Shown: one piece after another, positions 38,002 to 46,135 of the stretch
Layout of the letters: the number at the start of each line of letters is the position of its first letter
How positions within the stretch are numbered: position 1 is the first letter of the stretch
Source: Craspedostauros australis
Taxonomy: Eukaryota
Length of the DNA: 57,062 nucleotides
Direction: 5' to 3'
NCBI GenBank assembly: GCA_030167865.1
Contig: JALAGF010005773.1
Location: 1 to 57,062 of the forward strand
Program-made: the position numbers and the translations under genes
The notes under the pieces: generated by a model
What the model saw: the letters and a program-made list of their open reading frames with translations, nothing else
Databases searched by the model: none
What the model was told of the DNA's origin: nothing

Positions 38002-38724
38002 ATGACCGAAGCAACCTGGAAAGTCGATACTTCGTCTCCTGTCCTGGTCACAGGGGCAGAAGGGTACATCGCGGGTGTGCTCATCAAGCAACTCCTGGAT
38101 GCAGGCGCCACTGTTCATGGAACCGTCCGCAACCTTTCCAAGCCAGAGGAGTTCAAGTACCTCACAGATGTCACGGATGACTCTCCAGGATCCATTAAGC
38201 TGTTCCGTCCTGATCTGACAGAACCAGGGTTGTTTGCAGAAGGCATGAAAGGTTGTTCCGTGGTCTTTCACATAGCTTCGCCGGTCTCACTGATGGTGGA
38301 CGATCCTCAGAAGGAACTGGTCGATCCGGCTGTGAATGGGACCAAGGATGTGCTCAACATGGCAACGAAGACTCTGTTGGTGCGCCACGTCGTCATGACC
38401 AGTTTGGTTGCGGCCATCTACACAGATGCATCCAACACAAACAACGCACCTGGCAACATCTTGACAGAGCATGTCATCAACATGACTGCAAGCATTGACT
38501 GCCAACCATACTACTATGACAAGCTATTGGCAGAGATGGCAGCATGGCAGGTTGCTGGCTCTCAGAATTGGTGGACGATGGCCACCATCAATCCAGCTTT
38601 CGTGACTGGACCAGGATTGAAGTACCATGCCAGCAGCGAGTCATTCAAAATACTGATTTTGATGGGCAGCAGAGAGTACAAGGATGGTGTGCCTAACCTT
38701 GGAATGGGATACATGGACGTTCAG
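38002..38724 (+). pseudogene. Truncated tandem paralog of the SDR gene
   Basis: Colinear with 35922-36640 up to GMGYMDV, after which homology stops abruptly at 38724. The catalytic-Ser motif TSS has become TSL, and there are multiple CpG-type substitutions. Confidence 0.85.
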
Positions 38725-38929
38725 TGTTGGAACATAATTGTAGATGGGTGTGAAGGATACTGTACCAAGAACATAGAGTGATCAGATTGCTGTTGGAGTG
38801 AGGATGAGTGTTTGTATTAGAGTGTTATTTGTATGAGTGTATCAGCACAAATACGTATAGTGCAAATTACGTTACTCCCGTAGCCCCCACTATCTACAAA
38901 TTTCACTTGTGTTCGGATCAGCAATCGCA

Positions 38930-38999
38930 ACGCCTGTAGCTCAACGGTAGAGCACCAGTAATTCTAACTGAGGTTCCGGGTTCGAATCCTGGCATGGTA
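38930..38999 (+). tRNA. Degenerate tRNA-like sequence (tRNA pseudogene or SINE/TE-borne Pol III head); anticodon not assignable
   Basis: A box/D arm TAGCTCAACGGTAGAGC, T arm CCGGG-TTCGAAT-CCTGG, 4-bp anticodon stem CAGT/ACTG, and a downstream T-rich tract. The acceptor stem pairs only with a bulge, and the loop AATTCTA lacks U33. Confidence 0.75.
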
Positions 39000-39555
39000 C
39001 TTTGCTTTTGCTCTCCCCTCGTGATTTTTCGATAGTGCTCTTTCAGAGTGGTAGGATGCTGTCAAGCTCACAAGATTGTATTCTTGGAACTGTGAGCATG
39101 AGAGAGACATGGCATGGTCTCATGCAATTGGAAGCAAAATTAACACGGAGACAACATGACAAATGTGCGTGATACTGTGTGAAGTAGAGTTAGTAGAAGT
39201 CAATGAACAAAAAACTGCAATACCCCGTGTTGTGAATTACGTCTTCTCACGATGTTGCTAGTAGTACGATCACATGGTTGATCGTATTCACTTGAGAAGG
39301 TTGCGGTAAGATTCGCACGTGTCGCACCCAAGACCTAAGTCTGTCCTGATTGGGCAGAGAGGTTCATCTTGGCAAGAAATCCCTTTCCGCGACATTTTGG
39401 ATTTATGATTGAAGCGAATTGTGACACAAATTTGACACAACGGATTTTCGACCAAAATTTCCGTTCGGAACGGAAAAGGTAAGAAAAGTGGAGATTTCTG
39501 ATTGGTCGACGGGTGTTGCTATTGTTAGAGATTTAGCATTGCGCTAATACCCATC

Positions 39556-40080
39556 ATGAAGTTCACTCTATCTGTCATGATCTGCGCATTGCTTCTGCTG
39601 GCCGCCCAAGCATCAGAGGTGGCCGATGGGCAACTGGAAAGTGGAGGGGTTTCGCAATGAAATGCAACGGAAGGTGAAGTAACCAAGTCCATCCTCGAGG
39701 GAGATGGCACTGGAGCATCTCCACGCAACCTTCGAATTGGGAGGAAGGGGCGAAACAAACAGCACGAGCATGAACACGATGACAGAGGAGTGGATGGAAG
39801 TGGAGGACAGGGAGGACAACAAGCAGGACCACAAGGTATTAGGCAAGGTATCGGACAAGGCTCGGTACAACAGGGAGAAGACAGCTTCCGTCCACACTTG
39901 ATACAGCGAAGATACAGAGTGTATGTAGGAAGCTATGGAGGGTACCGAGGGGGTATGGAGGATATGGAAGAGGATACTGAACAGGATACTGAAGTGGATG
40001 GCCAGGTCCAACACAAGGAGGTGACTGAGGATAGCACACAACACAGAGCAGCGACAGGCTGGGTGATACACCACAAGTAG
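39556..40080 (+). pseudogene. Disrupted gene for a secreted Gly/Gln/Tyr-rich protein with an RXL motif
   Basis: The signal peptide MKFTLSVMICALLLLAAQA is followed by an in-frame TGA at 39658-39660. The frame then continues (SPRNLRIG...GGQGGQQ...GSYGGYRGG) to TAG at 40078-40080. Confidence 0.6.
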
Positions 40081-40619
40081 GCATTGCAAGTTCTTCCCAA
40101 CCACACCAGAAGCGAGGGAAGGACAGACAAAGCAGATGAAATCACTGGGATACACAATGACCGCGCAGGAACAGATCAAGAGCAACAACAGGCCAACCCT
40201 GGCTGGACAGTGACAGGATGCACAGAACAGAATAGAACAGAACAACAGCCTGTTCATTGTGAACCGCTCCCCACGAGTAATATCACAAATATCAGAAATC
40301 TACCATGTTACATATATTGCACACATGACACAACATGGTTTGATGATGGTTCCTTGTCGACTTCAGAGATGCCGTGCCACATCACTCCAATGTCACGGAC
40401 TGTCATGGACCGCCCCTCTGTCGCCACATCTTCGACCCTCTTGCATCACCCATCGTGGACGTGGTGGCATCAGCTGAGTGGCTGCACTTCCACACTGTCC
40501 TGCATGCAGTCTGCATTGGCATTGGTTCTCACCACATCCACATTTCACCACTGTTGCCTCCAGCCACCTCCTGTTCTCTGTCGTTCCGCTCACCTCGGCG
40601 ATGTGTGTCGGAAGCCGGT

Positions 40620-43600
40620 TCAAGCTGAAGAGTACTTCAACTGGACACCGAAACTCTCGGTCTTCCCATGCTCGCCACGGTGAATACCCGTGTCCTCCAG
40701 CGCCTTCGAAGCGGGGGGCTCACCGATCGGTGTCGCGATGTGTGGCGCAAGGTGGGTCTCGTCAGCTTCTGCTTTGGTTGTGGCTGCGTTTCTGGCTTTC
40801 TCCTTGGTCACTCCCAGCTCGGATTTGATCTTGGCGTTGACCTCGTTCTTGAATTGCCGAATCAACCTGGTTGGATCAAAGGTCCGAACCCAAGAGTATA
40901 TCACTTCTTTCATCTCTTCCATGACGGCAGCCTTCGTCACAGCGTCGGGTTCTCTGCCCAACGCATCAGCGACAGCGCACTTACCAACATCTTCATCTCT
41001 TTCGCGTTTGGCCTCAGCAACATCGGCTTGGGTCATTGTTTGATTCACAAGACTTTCTGGTCGGCTTGCCACACAGTACACACGATCTTCGCCAAATGGA
41101 ATGTGGAGGAGCTCGTGAAGGACGTTGTTCTTGGTGTTGCGGATGGTCTTCTTGGAAATCTTCTGATTGGCTGCTTTATCCTTTGCCTGAATGCAAATGG
41201 TGACAAGCTTGAAGTCCTTCCACACGGTCTTGTCGTTGTCGTAGTTGTTGTCGTAGTCGTCGTCGTAGTCATCCTCCTCCTTCTTTTGAGCAACCACGAC
41301 GGACACGTATCCGTCTGCCAAGTTGCTGCTGCCTTCTGCGACGCTTGCGATTGGAGGGTGGAACGCCTGTGTCCCTTCCTCGAGCGTTGGTTTGTTCATG
41401 ATGGCGTATCGCAGGACCCAGAGTCCATGGAGGTAGTCCTTGTCAATGGTCAGCGTGTCTTCGCTACTATACTGGAGAGGGGTATACTGTGTGAGTTGAT
41501 TGGTGTCGACGAAGGGAGTACGATTGTTGTGTTCGACTTCCCAACCTTGCAGATCTCTCCAGTAGGTTTGGTTCTCTTCCTCCTGTTCTGGGCTGCGTTG
41601 TGGTTGTGTTTGCCCTAATGACAACCTCATGGGTGACTTCTGAAGGTACATGCCCTCCATGGCAAACTCTGATGGAAAAGCAACAGGGTACCATCCGTCA
41701 AGCCCTTCCCACGAGTCTTCTATGTCCTTGTCCACGAATAGAGGTGTGAGAGTACCACCATCTCTCACTTCCGATGCATACATCGCAGCGCCATCCTCGA
41801 GCATCGATTTCAGATCCTTTCGATCTTCTGGTTCCACAGTCGTGGCTGCTGCTATCACACTGGAGAGGAATTGGACTGCGAGTGCTTCATATGCGAATGG
41901 TGTTGTCCCCAAGGCTTCATCGGCATGTGCAATGACTTTTCCGCCAGCGATCATCCAGCTACAGAGTCGCTGCATGGCAGGATCCATGAGGAAAGGGTAC
42001 ATCTCAACTTCCCCGTTCTCCTGTTCTGCCCGTCTGGAGAGATCCGCGAATGATTGGATTGTCAGGAGCCCAAACCTACCAAGGAGATTGCGTTTGGCGA
42101 CGTAGTGCTCATCAAAGTGTTGGAAGCGGATGGCATCTTTCAGAGCCTTCTCTCGGATGACATGGGGAGCGTCACCAGGATACACCGTGATCTTTTTCTG
42201 GAAGAGGAGGGCAGCGTAAGCGCTTGCCACAACCTGTAAGCGAAAGTGTGGCTTCCTCCGCACGGACGACATGCCGTTGGTCGCGCAGAAGTTCACAAAA
42301 ACAGTCGTGATGATCTTGGCTTGATGGCGGGGATCACCATATGAGAAGTTTGTGGTCGCAAGCTGGAACACCAAGGCAGAGGTCATTCTTGAGTTGTGGT
42401 GGACGATATCGTTGAGGAGGGGATATTCTGGAAGCTGTTGAAAGGGTGGAAATTTGTGCGACTTGCCTGGATACTCTTCACAGAGAACCTTGTAGACATC
42501 TTCAACCTTTCTTTTGGCAATTGGTTGAAGTTGCTCAAAGTTCTCATGCACGGTTCCTTCCATGTCACCATGGAGGCCTGTCCCTGCAATGGAGAACACC
42601 ACCTGCAGTGATTCCTTCTGCGTCTTCTTCCATTCCTTCTCATTGAGACGGTTTCCGCTTTCGTCTGGGTTGTTGCATCCCATCATGATGAATGCAGCAA
42701 GATCCTGACCAAGATCTTCATAGTTGCGGATGATGTCATTGACGAGGTTGGGCTGTGATCCTGCTTCATCGATGGCGACGACGATTCGCACCTTGTCATC
42801 CTTGGTGTTGCGGTGCTTGATCATTTGAGCGATCTCGAGAAAAAGAGCTCGGGTGCCCTTGTCTCGACCCACGACCTCGTCAATGGTTGTCTTGAGACTG
42901 ATTCGTGCTTCACGTTGTTGCCCATCGCCGCGTTTAGCAGTAGAAATGTCCTTTTCGACATCCAGATGGATGGAGAAGGCAGCATCTCTCGAGAACGCGC
43001 TGGCCGCGAGCTCGGCTGTCTTGCCACTCCCGCTGGCAGAGCAGTACAGCAGCACCAGATCACCGTCTGCCTTTTCCATGTATAGCTGCGGTGGCGATTT
43101 TCCAAGTTGGGCTTGATGTCGGAACTTAGGGTTGCCAATGTAGAAGACCTGGTGAGAAGAATATGAATCATCCTGTCCAGTGGCAACTTTCACTTGATGG
43201 AGTTTTTCTGTTGTTTCGTCACGGATGGCTCGGTGCAACTTGTTGATGATGGCATCTTGGAGTGATGCTGGTGGGCCTTCGTTGAGGGGTGGGAGTCCTG
43301 TGAATGATTGGCGAGCAACCTCGATGATTTTGGAGCCCGCTCGAATGATAGCAGTGAGGCCAAAGCGTTCACGTGTCAAGCGTTCTTGAAGGTTCATCAT
43401 TGTCCGTCCCGCATCCCAGAACCAGGCATTTCCGAATACCGATTTCCACAAAGGAGGTGATCCTGTGCCAGCTGCGTTGGAGTGAGGCTGGGCGGCTGCT
43501 GCTGCAAGTACTCTGGGTTTATTGTCGTCCCGTGAAGATCCGGAAGAGGAACTCAGTAAGGGAAGTCTCCGCCGGCTGTCCCCAGCAGCTTTCTTGCTGC

Positions 43601-43634
43601 TCTTGCGCTTGCACTTGCGCCTGTTCTTCCCCAT
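40620..43634 (-). CDS. P-loop NTPase + putative PD-(D/E)xK/REase-fold protein (Crinkler/CR-NTPase+REase-like), ~1004 aa
   Basis: Walker A LLYCSASGSGKT and Walker B IVVAIDEAG. The C-terminal half has AYEALAV...SNLADGYVSV...TICIQAKD (E...D...QxK). The ORF is intronless and starts at MGKNRRK. Confidence 0.72.
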   Translation of the reverse strand: MGKNRRKCKRKSSKKAAGDSRRRLPLLSSSSGSSRDDNKPRVLAAAAAQPHSNAAGTGSPPLWKSVFGNAWFWDAGRTMMNLQERLTRERFGLTAIIRAGSKIIEVARQSFTGLPPLNEGPPASLQDAIINKLHRAIRDETTEKLHQVKVATGQDDSYSSHQVFYIGNPKFRHQAQLGKSPPQLYMEKADGDLVLLYCSASGSGKTAELAASAFSRDAAFSIHLDVEKDISTAKRGDGQQREARISLKTTIDEVVGRDKGTRALFLEIAQMIKHRNTKDDKVRIVVAIDEAGSQPNLVNDIIRNYEDLGQDLAAFIMMGCNNPDESGNRLNEKEWKKTQKESLQVVFSIAGTGLHGDMEGTVHENFEQLQPIAKRKVEDVYKVLCEEYPGKSHKFPPFQQLPEYPLLNDIVHHNSRMTSALVFQLATTNFSYGDPRHQAKIITTVFVNFCATNGMSSVRRKPHFRLQVVASAYAALLFQKKITVYPGDAPHVIREKALKDAIRFQHFDEHYVAKRNLLGRFGLLTIQSFADLSRRAEQENGEVEMYPFLMDPAMQRLCSWMIAGGKVIAHADEALGTTPFAYEALAVQFLSSVIAAATTVEPEDRKDLKSMLEDGAAMYASEVRDGGTLTPLFVDKDIEDSWEGLDGWYPVAFPSEFAMEGMYLQKSPMRLSLGQTQPQRSPEQEEENQTYWRDLQGWEVEHNNRTPFVDTNQLTQYTPLQYSSEDTLTIDKDYLHGLWVLRYAIMNKPTLEEGTQAFHPPIASVAEGSSNLADGYVSVVVAQKKEEDDYDDDYDNNYDNDKTVWKDFKLVTICIQAKDKAANQKISKKTIRNTKNNVLHELLHIPFGEDRVYCVASRPESLVNQTMTQADVAEAKRERDEDVGKCAVADALGREPDAVTKAAVMEEMKEVIYSWVRTFDPTRLIRQFKNEVNAKIKSELGVTKEKARNAATTKAEADETHLAPHIATPIGEPPASKALEDTGIHRGEHGKTESFGVQLKYSSA

Positions 43635-43972
43635 TGTTGCAACTGCTATTGATGAGTGTGGTATTCCAACTCTTGGGGGTGGCGTCTGCTGTATGGTGTG
43701 GGTGGATGGTTGCAGGCTTCCTGTGATGTTGGAACGAACTGTGGGATACACACTGGACGTCTTGAGGAATCAGTGAGAATGGTCATGGGAGAAAACGCGA
43801 CGAAGACGACGGAGATGACGAAGCTCAGCAACAAGCAACAGCATACAACGAGTAAAAGGTACAGTTGAAAAGAAGGGCAAGAGAAAGACAGATCGTGAGA
43901 GATGGATGTCAGTTGGTTGGATTTGGAATGGCATGATCAACCCCCTTCCCACAATGGATGGGTTTACAACGC

Positions 43973-44027
43973 AATAGAATAGAATAGAATAGAATACAAT
44001 AGAATGCAATAGAATAGAATACAATAC
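43973..44027 (+). repeat. (AATAG)n pentanucleotide microsatellite
   Basis: aatagaatagaatagaatagaatacaatagaatgcaatagaatag visible. Confidence 0.9.
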
Positions 44028-44642
44028 CAACCGTCCATCCTCTCGAATTGAACAACCCTGACATAAGCAGAAGCACAATCTCCATCACAACGAGGAGACA
44101 CCGTGGTGGGCCTTCCTTGTCAGTGTGAATGTCATTGGTAGTGTCAGTGTGGATGTGAATATCTGTTGGTGGGGTATCAATTCGTTCTCTCAGTTCGACG
44201 AAGTTGGAATGGTTCGAAATACAATATGATGCCAGGCCTGCATCCAACCACATTCGTACCTTTGTTCTTCCCCAGAGCCTTGCGTTTGTTGTCTGTTGTC
44301 AGAGTTGTGGCCAGCACTGAGGCTCGTTGCTTTGCTTGTTTCAAGTGTGGCAGAAACGTGCCAAGATGCGGACTTCGTGGTTGCCACGCCAAGAAAGGAA
44401 TCAAGACAATGGATTGTCTTGTCTTGCCGTTGTCGCGATGGTTGTCTTGTTGGAGGAGTTGGTGCTCTGTGGATGCTGGCAATCGTTTCGCTGCTGATTG
44501 CGACTGTCGTTGTCACTGGCGACAATGCAGATGAAGATGCAGATGCAGATCAAGAGGAGGATGGCCTTGGTTCTGAGGAAGATTGATGTTTGTGGTCCTG
44601 TTGTTGTTGTTGTTTCTTTCGCCACCACGAACATCTGGTGTC

Positions 44643-44828
44643 CTGAAACGCTCTGCGGTTCACAGGTTCTCTGTGTAACCTTGAGAGTTGTCAGGTTCTG
44701 GTGCGGTCTCTTCGAACCCTGTGTTACTCCCAGTCTTTGTGTTCTGAAACGTTCTGTGGTTCACAGGATTCCATTTCTTCGTTCTTCGAAGTTGTCAGGT
44801 TTTGGCGCAACCTCCTCGAACTCTGTGT
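44643..44828. repeat. Diverged tandem duplication, period ~101 bp
   Basis: ctgaaacg-tctg(c/t)ggttcacagg...agttgtcaggtt...tcgaac(c/t)ctgtgtt occurs from 44643 and again from 44744. Confidence 0.8.
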
Positions 44829-45464
44829 TGGTCCAAGTGTGACGCCAATAAGAAAACGGCGACGATTGATCAATCGCCACATTTGAGTGGAGATCCAGGT
44901 TCAAACCCATGCCACCTCCACTCACATGAACATGTTGGCACGAGGATGTTGCGCACAGTGATTGAGCAGTTGCAACATGCCATGCGAAGTGCCGTGTGTG
45001 TTGTGTTGTGATGTGCTCTCCTGTGTTGTGCTGTGCTGTGTTGTGCTGTGTTGTGCCGTGCCATCATCCAGTGTCTGTGCTCGAACAGGTCCATTCTCAC
45101 ATGTTCGTCAACCAACGGAACCAGTACCAAACAGGATAGAGCACAGCAGAATAGAACCCAGGATGGTTGGGTTTCGTTCTGGCGTATGTAGTAGTCGTAG
45201 TCATCCACCACAGGCGACAGTGCTGGGACCGGGTGCAATGCTCGCTCATTTAGAATACAATTGTAGAATACTACACTATGCTCTGCAATGCAACACAATC
45301 CAATGCAGCTCCATATCTACAAGCACATGGACCAATGCAGCAGAGTACCCCAAACACACACATCGACTCGTACTGTATCAGTCCACACATCGACTCTGTC
45401 CACTCTAATCCACTCTGCTCTATTCTATTCCATAACATTCCATGTTCTGCCATGGCATGCCATT

Positions 45465-46135
45465 CTACGACACGCTACAAATCAGAATCCACCGCTGGAC
45501 CATCACTGCTGGACCACCAACGATACTGTACCCACCATCCACATAGATCGTCTGACCTGTGATTCCCGTCCCACCCATCGACAAGAATGACACCGTGTCC
45601 GCAAATTCATCCACCGTCACATTTCCCAACGGTGCACGCTCCTGCATCTCCTGTCGCATAGCTCCAAAGTTGGCGATGCCACCCTTGGCCACCACCGTGT
45701 TTAAGGGACCCGCGCTGACCATGTTGACAAACACAGGTGTCGTCTCCAGTGCCAGACCGCGCACGATGGATTCCAGGCTGGCCTTGGCCGGTCCCATGAC
45801 ATGATACGATGGGATGGCACGCACTGATCCCAAGTACGTCAAGGCTGTGATGGTGGAATGGTGTTCCATGTGAGGTTGTGCATGTCGTGCCAGTTCGATG
45901 AGGGAGTATGCTGAGATGGCATGGGCCTCTTGATACAGTAGTCTTCCAAGGTGGTGTTCAGCAAGGGTCGGTGCAGGTTGTTGGCAAAAGTCACGGAATG
46001 CACGATGGCATGCAATGGACGATGGTGTTGTGACACAAATTGAAAAAGTTTTGGGATATCGTGTTGGACATCGCAAATGAGGCCAGTCAATGATGGATAT
46101 TGTTGTTGAGTTGTGATGCGCCTGGAGAATGCCAT
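45465..46135 (-). pseudogene. fabI: Enoyl-ACP reductase (FabI-type SDR) fragment, frameshifted and 5'-truncated
   Basis: One frame gives LICDVQ...LHAIVHSVTFA...LLNTTLEDY. After a shift at about 45933 a second frame gives AISAYSL...LTYLGSVRAIPSYHVMGPAKASLES...VSAGPLNT...GITGQTIYVDGG. The N-terminal Rossmann motif is missing. Confidence 0.85.

Noticed and set aside
38957..38970. Amber-suppressor (CTA) or Arg (TCT) anticodon in the tRNA-like element
   Set aside because: Neither register gives a paired anticodon stem. The only paired register lacks U33, so no identity can be assigned.
39658..39660. Selenocysteine or recoded TGA in the RXL gene and the NTPase tail
   Set aside because: There is no redox motif context and no SECIS was seen. 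Normal genes in the window use TGA as stop, so CGA>TGA decay is the simpler explanation.
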